A stretch of DNA of 64,000 nt. Origin: Octopus bimaculoides. Lineage: Eukaryota. Every line of letters starts with the position of its first letter. The stretch's first letter is position 1. The stretch lies in assembly GCF_001194135.2 (NCBI RefSeq), contig NC_068997.1, forward strand, positions 38,794,034 through 38,858,033. Direction: 5' to 3'. The notes under the pieces are model-generated. The model saw nothing but the letters and a program-made list of their open reading frames with translations. It did no database searches and had not been told where the DNA came from. The position numbers and the translations under genes were made by a program. Shown here in pieces: positions 38,295-49,990 of this stretch.

Positions 38295-38945
38295 GTTAAT
38301 TAATAATTAGTGACAAGCAGTGTTAATACCAAAAGATAATTTCCATATCCAACTAACATGGATGTCTTATTAGAACACCAAATACTGCATTATTAGTCTT
38401 GAGAGATACTCTCATTTAGGCGTTTAGTGCAAATAAGCATATGCATAGATCATAGCAGATGAAATTTGTTAGTCACGGGTGCTGGAGTTCCCATATTATG
38501 TGGTTTTGGTCTTTTGGATCTCCTCAGTGGGAAGCACTGGTCACCTCATGCCAGTTAGTATTTGGTGTTCTAACAAAGCATCTATGGTAAGTTGGATATA
38601 AAGATTACCCTTTGGTATTAATTCTGCATCTGTCATTGATAATCAATTTTAATAAGCCTGCTGGCTATTTGCAACATCAGCATCTGAAAAAATGCTGAAA
38701 TTCTATATATCGTGGCATCAAGATCTGACTGGCATGGTGCTTCTCACTGAGGGAGTTCAATAGACCAAAATGATGTTATGTAGTAATTCTGGTGCCCATC
38801 ACAAACAAATTTCTTCTGCTACAATCTATGCATGTGCTTTTATGCATCAAGCTTCTAAAGGAGAGGATCTCTTGAGGTTAATAACAAATTGTCCGGTGTT
38901 CTAACGAGGTATCCATGTTAAATTAGATATAAAGATTACCTCATT
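38295..38945. repeat. Fold-back element (about 95-bp inverted arms) with a third partial arm copy
   Basis: 38325-38387 AATACCAAAAGATAATTTCCATATCCAACTAACATGGATGTCTTATTAGAACACCAAATACT matches the reverse complement of 38557-38619. 38893-38945 repeats the right arm directly. Confidence 0.75.
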
Positions 38946-41900
38946 ATTGTTTCAATTGAACTGAACTCTTAGAACCAATGCTTTGCTTGAATATCACCTA
39001 ACATGGTTATAAGTGTCTAAACATTGATTGCTGATAGTATTTTTTGTCAGAAATAAATCATTTTGATATTATTGGGCTGTTATAATCATTTATGGTGCAA
39101 AAATGATTGTTGTTAATTTTTTTTTGTCTTTTGTTGAATATTTTATGCAGGGATATTCATCGTCAGTTACTCTTAAACTAAAATAGTCTTGTGATATTTA
39201 ATTTCCTATCTGATATTGTTATTTTGCTATTTGCTACTAAGAAATAATAATCCAATTCTTGCATCAATTTACTATATTTTACAAAACTACAGTTTCTTTT
39301 GTTTAATATTAAAAACAAATATGTGCAGGTGTTGGAATGTTCTTTGAATTTGGCTTATTTGACTGAAGTAACTAGAATGGTGTAACTAGCTTAGAATGGG
39401 AATGTCATGTTAAACCTCATTACTCATATTATCAATAGATTTTGGTTAGGACTTTGGCAGATAAATATTTTTTCTTAATATCATTGACCTGAGAAACATT
39501 GTTTTCAGTAATTATTTTCTTGGTTGACTTCTTTGCTTTTAAATTAGGCAGTAATTAGTGTTGATCTATAACTGGCATAAGTTGTATTAATCTGTTGTAG
39601 TTAGTGTTGTATGATGGCTATCTAGAACTGTGATCATTTATCAGACTGACATATTTCTTAATCACTATTGCAGCTGTGTAACTATTTAATAATTCACAAA
39701 TATGTTTCCTATTCAGTGTCTGTGTTGAACATATCATCATCTACCAACACATTTCAACTTATTTAGGCTTGTTGGTTTGGTCGATTTAATTTCACTCTAA
39801 TTTAATCTTGCTTTAAAGCACCATTCCCCTCTTCTTCCTCTCCCTGGAAATTACTTCTCAGAGTGTTTTTGACAATTGATATTCTTCCATATAGTTGTTG
39901 ATTAATACTATCTATAGTTGTTAGTTTGGTTGCAAAATATCAGAAATATGTAATTTTTAATTCAATTGAATTTTGTATAAACCCAAACCAAAACTGAATG
40001 TTCAAAACTGCCCATAGCATATTTGTTCCCACCTACTACCTTTGTTGCAGTCTGTTTCTCCTATCTTACATTCCTTTGCCATCTCTGTCTCTATGGCTAC
40101 AGCTGCCATTGGCATATTCTTAGCCAGACTTATCTTATAACATCCACAAGATTACTAGTTTCGATTCAATATTGCTATATCTGCTAGGATACACTGCACA
40201 GTTTCATTTAATTATTTAGGAAGATTGTTTACTTTTTCATTTTTGTTCTCAGAAATTAAAAAAAAAAAGTGTAGCTCTATATTTCATTTTACCTTTTCTG
40301 TTTTTTTTTAGTTTTGAATTATTTTCAGTTTTATTTTATATTTTTAAAATATTTGTTTCAAATTTTAATTTAATTTTTTTGTTGCTTTTCTGAAAAGTGA
40401 ATGTGCTGCGAGAGGAAAGCCATGCTTTATTGTAATCTGAAGTATGGTTCATAAAGTTTAGTCACTTTCATGGCCTGTTTTCAAGGAATTGCCAGCCGTT
40501 CTGCTATCTATAAGATGAAGATTTAATAAAGTAAAATTCTGTATATATTTTTTTTATGTGATACCTTTAAGGTTTTAAAAGTCTTCAAAATAAATGAATA
40601 AATAAACAATTGCAGTGGGTTATAAGCAAATAATGCAAAAATGAAATTAAGAAACAGAGAAAGAAGAAAAATGGAATCCTAAGTATTTCTTTAATAATTT
40701 TAGTGAAGGAAAGAAATACATATAAAAAAAAAATTTAAATTATATATTTCTTTTACATTAGATTACATCATTATATTTTAAGGTATGCCAGAAGCTAGCC
40801 ATTTTGATTTATTTTTCATATTTAGAAATTAATAAGTTTACTAATAAATTGACAGGCCTGAGTTTGAATGCAATCATGTTTAATTAAAGCATCTCTGTAA
40901 ACTTTCTCTCTTTTGTCTTCATTGCATTGGTGCAATTCACACACAAATGCACATAGAATATAAGAATAACGATTCTTTTGTCATATTGCAGAAATACATT
41001 TTTGCTGACTTCCTTTACCTGTACTTTTTGACTTCTATCTAATGAGAATTTCAACATGGTACTTCATTCTTCCTCTAGCTATTAATGAAATAGATAACTA
41101 ACACACTCTTATTTTATGACGTCTCTATAATTACAAAAGATTGTGATGATGAATATATTAATGGTTTGCTGGCATATTTTTGAGAAGGATGACACTCACT
41201 GGAATATTTGAGCTATTTTACAGACTGGTCATGCTCCCCCGCCATCCACACACACACACGCACTGTGTACGTTGAAACATGTAAATGTTTTGTTAATGGG
41301 AGACACTAAAGAAACAATTGTTATGTTGAAGTACATGATAATATGTTTCTGAAATGTGTATGAGTTGTTGATTTTGAAATGGCCATAGTCTTTGATAGCT
41401 TCATGTTGAGGGACAAACATTTCATTGGGTTAATAATATATGAAATTACTTCCACTCAGTTGCTTGATTTTTTGTGCACATAGTTATTTAGATGAAGTTT
41501 TAACCATCCAATAACATAGAAATTAATTCAACTTAAAACTGTTTGCAGAAAAACCTCTTAGCAAAAGAGAAATGAATGTACTCTGTGTAAAGCTGATTTT
41601 TCTGCAAAAAATTTAGAAGAATGAAAAATAAAGACAAAATGAGATGTTAAATAGTCTTTACTTACATGAGCATTGCAATAGTATACTAAAACAGCCTATA
41701 AATGGTGTGACTTTTAACCTGAAATGTATCTTATTGTTAATGGCATAGTATTCATTTCTTTTTCTTTGATTGTTACTTAGTTGCTAGTCTTTTGTTTCTA
41801 ATTTAGAATTACGGTAACTATATTTCCAGATTTTCATATCACGTCAACTAAATTCAAAATTAGTCTGATTGTTTCCGTTTAGGAAAACCCCAAGCTCTGC

Positions 41901-42944
41901 TGCTGTTATCAAGATTAAGCATGAATTTGAAATTTTGACCTCAAACTTATTTCTGTTGAAAGACAAAACTTTTTTCATGATAGTTTCTTTTGTTATCCTC
42001 ACTCACAGCATTTTTTCCTCCCCATTTATGTGGAAACCTTTATGAAATTTTAATTGTGTCTTTGTTGTTTTGGTGAAACTGAAGAGTCAAAAATACAAAT
42101 GAAAAGAAAGAAAAAAAAAGATGTATTGAATGACAATTACTGAAAATAGATATGAAAAATAAGAGTGAAAAACTTTATTCCTGGAAAAGATAAGAAAGCT
42201 TTTGGTAAAAAACACATTTCAGGCTTTTTAATGAAAGAATAGAGGGAAATATTGCTTAAAAAAAAAAAGCCAGTGTTGTAAAAGTTGAGGAGTAAACAAA
42301 AGTTAAGAGATATTCAATAGTGATGCAAGACTAATGTATATAACTCAGTTTAAAACTTCAATCAATTTGTTATATATACCTCCCTTTGTCTCCACTAAGT
42401 TTTTTCCTGAATTTCTGTCAGTGATCTGAAGCTTTTAATATATCCCCTTTCTTTGTCTTTTTACCATTCTGCCTTCTCTCTTATCAAGTCCAAAGAAAAG
42501 ATTAACCACCTGACTATTTGTTTCAAATGCTTATCAGTTCTAGTTTGTTATTATGTCTTATTTTTGGTTGTTTTCTCTAAGTTATCATTACTCTGAGATT
42601 GCAGTGTTATTGAATTGCAGTGGAGTGAACGGTGCACACAAATGCAATGCAAAGAGAGAATACCATTGTTTGATAATGGTAAATCAAAATAAAACTTCAT
42701 GAACCTGGAATTGAAGGAAGAAGAAAAAATTCAACTGTATTGAATAAATAAATCTTTTGAGCTAAAATAATTTTTAATGTGAAAAGTAAAGAATTTCATT
42801 AAGCTTTTATAAAGAGGATATAAATAAATCTGATTATAGAATTTCTAAGCAGGAGACTCCAGCTTGGTCAGATAATATTACCATTGCATTTTCTTCTACA
42901 CAACATGAAATAATAATTGTATGAATTATTTGTCAGCAGCAAGG

Positions 42945-43335
42945 TGTGGCTGTGATAAGAAGTTTGCTTCCCAACCACATGGTTCTGGGTTCAAACCCCA
43001 CTGCCCTGCACCTTGGGCAAATGTTTTCTACTATAACCTTGGGCTGACTAAAACCTTGTGTGTGGATTTGGTAAATGGAAACTGAAAGAGACTTGTTATG
43101 TGCATGTGTGTGTGTCTGTGCATGTGTTTGTCCTCTACTACTGCTTGACAACCTGTATTAATGTGCTAATATCCATGTAACATAGTGGCTCAGCAAAAGA
43201 GACTGATAGAATATATGCCAGGCTTTACAAAAAAAAAAAAAAAAGTAAGTATTGGGATCAGTAATTTTGACTAAAATTGTTCCAAGGTGGTGCTTCAGCA
43301 TGGCCGCAGTCCAATGAATGAAACAAGTAAAAAAA
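42945..43335 (+). mobile_element. SINE family A copy
   Basis: Homologous to 9441-9849 along its length. Confidence 0.85.
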
Positions 43336-43551
43336 GGAAAGATAAAAGTGTTTATTTTATCGAATCTTTTGCAGAACTTGTTTTAATGCCATATCCTACC
43401 AACACCCTTTTGACATGTTCATTTTATTATTATTATTCTTTTTTTTTTTCCTGCTTTCTAATCTCACTGTAATAAGCATTTTTAATCAGCCACTTCATCA
43501 AAACTTTGCAAGGCTGTTAGGCTCCTTAATGCATTTGTGGCCATATTTCTA

Positions 43552-43775
43552 TTGTATATGTTTTTCAATTAATTTCAATTAATTTTGAAAATAATGAAGA
43601 CATTGGAGGGATTTGATAAACTAACTGTCAACATTAAGCTGGTGTTTGTGTTGAAAATTTCTTATATGAAGGCTTGTTGTAAGGTTTTTAATTTGAATAT
43701 GAAAACTTCAAAATAGAAGATTTTTCTATCCCTGAACTTAGAGGGTCTCAGGTGTGTTGGCATCAAAAAGATTAT
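43552..43775 (+). mobile_element. Probable second MITE family (degenerate)
   Basis: TTTCAATTAATTTTGAAAATAATGAAGA...ATTAAGCTGGTGTTTG...GTCTCAGG..GTTGG.ATCAAAA resembles a common dispersed repeat. Termini eroded. Confidence 0.4.
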
Positions 43776-44881
43776 GGAAATAAATATATGAAATATAGCT
43801 GTTGCAGTATTTTGGTAAGGAATGGTACTAGGTACTTAATAGTTTTGGAACAAAACAAATCAATGTCCCTCCTAATTTTTCTTCTTTTTCTCTTGTACAT
43901 TACATACATGAATGCAGATATGTATTATATCAAAGTACATGTTTATTTATATTTGGATAGCATTGGTCTGAGGATGTAAGCAGTAATAACTTTAATATAC
44001 TTCAATAATATGACGTGAACGTAAATATAAAAAGAAGAGGTAATAGGTGATGCTATATAAGCACCCGGTGTTCAGAAGTGATAACAATTTTTAAGATATT
44101 TAAGTTAAATATAACTTATGTTTAACAGTTAAAAAAAAATGTATGCATGAAATGAATATATGGCTGAAATGGTTTGCATCTTGTGAATAGATGAAATCAA
44201 CTTATTGAATAAACAATGGATATTCTTCTTTTGATTATGAGCAAAACAAGACAAAAATTGACTGTTTTCAGTAAGCACAACTAATGGTTTTCATATTACA
44301 ACAATTGTTTCAAGTGGATTTCTGTATGTAAAATTATCATGAGAGAAAAAAGAAAAAAAGAACAGCAGGATGTACTTTTGATCACAAACATAACATAACA
44401 AATGGTCCAATTCTTATTAGTACAACTTGTCTGCTTGGTATATTTATTCATTTATTACTATCTTCAGTTTCTTCAACAAAATAAATCAAATCAGCAGTAG
44501 AAAATACCATGGCCACCAGGAGATTGTACTTGTATTCGCAAAGCTTTTTGCTAAGTCAAAATATTTTTCCAATAAGGCAAAGCTATATAGTCTTAAATGC
44601 TTAGAAGTGACACCTGTTTTATGTATCTTTCTGTCTATATCTATCAATCAGTCAAACTTGAAATGTATTTTGTAGTGTATGACCCATCAGATGTGTTTCC
44701 TATAGACTAAGTCTTGTTTCATTCATAATCAGCAGAACAATATTCCACTGTTAGGTTTGTCCAAAAAGTCATCTTCATCTATATATAAGAAGAGAGTCAG
44801 TTCAAGCATAAACCTATTTAGTCACAAAATTTAATGTGGCAGACATGAGTTTTCTGTGTGTGCATACATACATGCTTATGT

Positions 44882-44930
<49 letters not shown>

Positions 44931-46089
44931 TATATATGTGTTTGCATATATATGTATGTGTGTGTATGTGTGTCTCCATGCATGCACACACATATGCACA
45001 CATAGAGATTTGGTTGATTTGAATTCATTCACAGAACTCTCAGCTCTCCAGTCACTTTTGTAACTTTCTGCCAATTAAATATATGAAAAAAATTGTTTTA
45101 ACTTCTGTATTATTATCTGCAGACATATACCTATGCGTGTAAGCACACATGTACCAGTGGCCCCAAAATTTCTTCAATTGCTGTCATCATTTTAATCTTA
45201 GAATACATTTTGTCTCCAAAATTTAATTGTTTAGGCTGAATATTATTGATTATAAATATACTGGTCAACAACTTTGTGATTACTGGTCATGTTCAAGACT
45301 AGTAGCTCTATTTACAACCTTGTATGTAGGAGACTCTATCTGTTTGTCAGTTGGTTACTAAGTCAAGTGATCCTACTTACCGATATGAATACTCAAATAC
45401 TGTAAAAAAATTAGTTTATATTACTTGTAAATAAGATCTAATTTATGATTCTCATTTATTGTTTGTGGTCATTCTGGAGTATTGTCAGTATGAACTTTTG
45501 GGAAATGTAAGCAATAAGAGTTGAATAGGATATAATTACATGCAACAGAACAGGTCATCAAAATCTTATGGTAGAAACACACACACACACACACACTAGT
45601 AAAAAACTTATTCTCAAGTTTACCCAACCAATGCCATATTGGCTCATCTTGCTTAGCATATTTCAAGCAATTTGTTTTTCAAGTTCTTTGTAACTATATT
45701 AACTGGCCTGAGATGTATTCTCCACACCCAGAACACCATGTATTTTAAATTTTAATGTGAAATTTCCCCTAAATTGATAAGCTAGTTTCATCTGATACTA
45801 GTTGACTATAACTTTGTATTTTGTTCCTCTCTCACACATCAGTATATATGCATTAACAATATATACAAATAAAAAGAAAGACTAACCACATATGCCAGTT
45901 GATGTATATTTTACTTGTATAATTAGTATAAGTCAGCAAAATTTTCCTTCTTCATATATTTATTGCAAAGTTTGACACCATTGGGGAAAACAATTTTCTC
46001 CAGCTTCAAGTCTCTGTCATCTGTTGGCATGTCACTTCTAATTTGCACTTATAGACAAGAGCATAGCATTCCTCTTATTGTGATAACAA

Positions 46090-46120
<31 letters not shown>

Positions 46121-46644
46121 CCCCCCTCTCTCCCTCCCCTCTCTCCCTCCCCTCTCTCTCTGTACTGTTTACAGTCATCACTTTTTAAATCTATTTTATT
46201 AATATCTCTTAGCATTCTCTTTCTGTTTGCTTGTACTCTGCAACTGATGACTTTTTCTGATTCTTCCAAAATTTTTACGAATAAATCTAAATAGGGAAAA
46301 AGAAAAAAATGCAGTAAACATGACATTGTAGACTCCATCAAGTCTATTATGAATCTGCCTACCTGGTTGCAACAGATTTCACTGTGCAAACATTCTCTCC
46401 CATGAACAGAAAATATTTGTAATCAATAGAGAAAAATTATTTTGCACAATATATTTTAATTAGCATAGCATTAAAACAATGTGTGTATTTATCCGACAAT
46501 CATAACCCCAATAACAAAAGCATATCGGTATGTATATTTGCAACTCTGTGGTTATATTCAAATATAGTTTGTAGTATTGGGACTTAGAACCTGTGTTCAT
46601 GTTTTGTATTATATTCTTACATACATTCCTAATCTTTGTTATAG

Positions 46645-46722
46645 GAGAGGCGTGAGCGAGAGCAGCAAGAACTTGAAAATGCAAAAGAAATAGCTGATGA
46701 AGATTTTGACGGTTTTCCCTGA
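46645..46722 (+). CDS. PSMD3: PSMD3/Rpn3 final coding exon with stop codon
   Basis: TCTTTGTTATAG acceptor. [25 protein letters not shown] versus human [25 protein letters not shown] (recalled). TGA at 46720-46722. CAG|GTATAT donor-like site at 46730/46731. Confidence 0.95.
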   Translation, partial: [25 protein letters not shown]

Positions 46723-46839
46723 AGAGTCAGGTATATTTTCCCTGAAGATTTTGGAACAATGTTTCTGTATAACTATTATGATTATTTTTTTATTCCTATT
46801 ATGTTCATCATCACTGTTTTATATATATATCTATAAATG

Positions 46840-46867
46840 TGTATGTATATGTACACACACACACACA

Positions 46868-46930
<63 letters not shown>

Positions 46931-47104
46931 NNNNNNNNNNNNNNNNNNNNNNNNNNNNNNNNNNNNNNNNNNNNNNNNNNNNNNNNNNNNNNNNNNNNNN
47001 NNNNNNNNNNNNNNNNNNNNNNNNNNNNNNNNNNNNNNNNNNNNNNNNNNNNNNNNNNNNNNNNNNNNNNNNNNNNNNNNNNNNNNNNNNNNNNNNNNNN
47101 NNNN

Positions 47105-47150
<46 letters not shown>
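46840..47150. repeat. (CA)n/(CT)n microsatellite around an assembly gap
   Basis: Direct reading. Confidence 0.95.
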
Positions 47151-47155
<5 letters not shown>

Positions 47156-47274
47156 GCAGGGCTGGGTAATACAGAAGATAATGCAAAAGTGGGCTTGATT
47201 TTTCTATTAACTGGTAATAGTCATTCAAACTGCATTAAGTTGGTAGAGTAACTCTTCCTCTATACAAAGGCACT

Positions 47275-47600
47275 ACTCAAACATAGCCTTCATCACAAGT
47301 GATGCATTTGCATCATCAGTGAACCCAGCTCTTAAATCCCTTTTGGAAAAATACTTGTGTGCACTGTTGTACCCATTACTTTGCAGCCATTTTCACCTCA
47401 TTTGTGTCATCAAACCATTGTCACCAAAAACCCTCCTTCATTGAACCAAACTGTTGCCAGGCACTCGATCTAGGCTACATGATAAGTAGGGGACCACTGA
47501 CCAGCCCAATTTACTAATTGCCTGATGTGTTGCCAATGATGTGTATGTGGTCATGCGTTATCCTGGTGTATGTAGAATGTTTTCAGGTTCTTATTGAATC
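47275..47600 (-). mobile_element. Mariner transposase C-terminal remnant
   Basis: Minus strand HQDNA*PH ... FGSMKEG..G.WFDDTNEVKMAA..W......FFQKG......CKCITCDEGYV. Confidence 0.75.
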
Positions 47601-47619
47601 TCTTCCGCCCAATGGCTTC

Positions 47620-48290
47620 TCTAAGCTTTTTTAGTGTTTCAATGCATCACTTGCTGTTTATGGTACAATTATGTTCTATAAAATCAAGGAGAGCAATAAT
47701 TCCCACCCTAACCCCACAAAAAGAAAATGCCACCAGGAAATGTTGTGGTTCACACCCAACTTTTCGCTAAATGTAAAATCCTGTGTAGATAAGATGTTTC
47801 TTAGGTTAGTGGATAAGTTCTGGAAAATATTTAATAGACGTATCTTAAAAGTATTTTTTAGCTGTGTACCTAGTTTAAAGAAAATAATAGGTAGGTACAT
47901 ATCTGAGATAGAGGCTGGATATTCATGTAGAAGTAACACTTCATGTTCACTAAATGGCCAATGCTACACAGAGACCATTGTTTATGAGGCAAAGGAAGTG
48001 ATGTTAAAGGATCAGGTTTAACTACCATAAGACCTTTTAATATCCAGGAGAGGCGAAATCTCACAGCCCTAGTTGAGCAGGTGTGGTTGTTGAAGAAAAA
48101 TCCCACGAATTACAGTGTCAACTATAAAGTGCTGGAGAGGTGTAAGCCTTACTTCGACAGCAGGAAGTGCAGACTATGCCTGATAAAGAAAAGAACTATA
48201 ATAAAGAATTCTCTTCATCAAAATACCTACCTAAACTGCAAAAGCACAGCTTACTGATTATGCCTACATTTTATTGGATACTAGCAGACT
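47620..48290 (+). mobile_element. Penelope-like element 3' part (linker plus GIY-YIG), decayed
   Basis: ORF 47671-48021 MLWFTPNFSLNVKS...FWKIFNRRILKVFFSC..., CRSNTSCSLNGQCYTETIVYEA, then LVEQVWLLK...YSVNYKVLERCKPYFDSRKCRLCLIKK. Confidence 0.85.
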
Positions 48291-48294
48291 GCAT

Positions 48295-48639
48295 GGAGGC
48301 GCAATGGCCCAGTGGTTAGGGCAGCGGACTCGCGGTCATAGGATCGAGCGAAAACACCTAAAGCTCCACGAGACTCCGGCAGGGGATGGTGGCGAACCCT
48401 GCTGTACACTTTCACTACAACTTTCTCTCACTCTTACTTCCTGTTTCTGTTGTGCCTGTAATTCAAAGGGTCAGCCTTGTCACACTGTGTCACACTGAAC
48501 ATCCCCGAGAACTACGTTAAGGGTACACGTGTCTGTGGGGTGCTCAGCCACTTGCACGTTAATTTCACGAGCAGGCTGTTCCGTTGATCGGATCAACTGG
48601 AACCCTCGACGTCGTAAGCGACAGAGTGCCAACAACAAC
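48295..48639 (+). mobile_element. Young tRNA-derived SINE (family D) with 12-bp target-site duplication
   Basis: A box TGGCCCAGTGG, (AAC)n tail, TSD AGCAGACTGCAT at 48283-48294 and 48640-48651. A diverged 3' fragment of the family lies at ~56700-56860. Confidence 0.9.
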
Positions 48640-49359
48640 AGCAGACTGCATCAAAAAATTAGTTAATGTTTGAGCTTCCGCCATCACATCTCAGTTCTGA
48701 ACAATGTTTATCACAGCCAAGTTTCCAACTTATTAATACAAACATACATCTATATATATATATATATCCATACATAATTTTTAGGTTGGATACTCACCTA
48801 CTGCCATCCTACTGTCCCTCTCGTACACACATAATCTCATCACTAAGCTGAAGACTGATTTTACAGATAGTTACCCATTACACCGTGAAGGCATCCTGAA
48901 ATGTGTGCAAGGGACATAACTCTCAATGAATTCCCCTGTGAACCTCTTTCACAAGGTTTTTTTTTCTTTTTCTTTTCTTTTTTTTTGTCACTGCTCTCAT
49001 AAAATGGATGTGAAATTTCCTGACCTTCAGCAGCAGAAAGCTGTTGCCATATTTTTCACAGCAGCCCTTCTGATGAATGTCACCTTAGGTTCTCATCTAA
49101 TTTGTGTGTTTGAAACCATATTTATCTCAGCACATTGTTTTGGAATTTAAAATATTTCATAATCTCTTTTGTCACAATTGGAACACTTGTGAAGCTATTT
49201 ATCTTTATTGAGTCAGATGGGAAGTATGAAGTGCTCATAGCCATTGCAAATTGATACAGACTTGAGCTAAGATGGTACAGTTTGTAAGTTCTGATGGGCA
49301 GAGGTTACTGTAGTATCTATATATAAGTGGCAGCTACATTATTTGATGTGTGGTGGTGG

Positions 49360-49588
49360 TGGGTTGCTGAAAAGCTCCTGGCTTTAAAAGCATTGCGTAA
49401 GGTCTGGCTGGAGGCCCAACCTTCCGAGTTCTTTTACAGAGCTTAGAAAAACTGAAGGACTGCTACAAAAAGTGCTTGAGCTAAGTGCTTGACCACTGCA
49501 AAAAAGGGCATATGTTGAAAAAAATCATAACTAACTGATCCGCCTGTATTTTCTTTTACCCAGAGCCAGGAACTTTTCAGCACCCCTC
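49360..49588 (+). mobile_element. Mariner-derived MITE
   Basis: TIRs GGTTGCTGAAAAGCTCCTGGCT and reverse complement GGGTGCTGAAAAGTTCCTGGCT. The interior retains the transposase C-terminal coding remnant. Confidence 0.8.
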
Positions 49589-49642
49589 TGAACAGCACTC
49601 TTTAAATGAGTCGCTGTTTATATATTATAAAAAGCAAACAAT

Positions 49643-49990
49643 AGGTGCTGACATGGTTATGTGGTTAAGTTTGTTTCACAACCACATGGTCTCTGATTCA
49701 GTTCTATTGTGTGGCACTTTTCTACTATAGTCTAAGGCTTATTGATGCTTTGTCAATGAAATTGGTAAACAGAAACTCTGTGGAAGGTGCTGTGTGTGTG
49801 TGTGTGTGTCTCTGCCTTTATATGTTAGGCACTGTATGAAAACCAGTATCTGTGTTTATGTACCTTAAGTTAGCATTGTGATAAACAAATACTTCTAAAA
49901 TAAGGATTTAGAAATAAGTATTGGGGTTGACATGATTGACTGAAGACCCTTTAAAGCAGTTCTTCAACATGGTAACTGTCTTATGACAAA
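49643..49990 (+). mobile_element. SINE family A copy (diverged)
   Basis: Homologous head, core and tail motifs. Confidence 0.7.

Noticed and set aside
48848-48910. Second hammerhead-like CTGAAGA...GAAA after the 47.6-48.3 kb Penelope remnant
   Set aside because: Helix II does not pair and no GTH cleavage triplet follows. At best it is a fully decayed relic.
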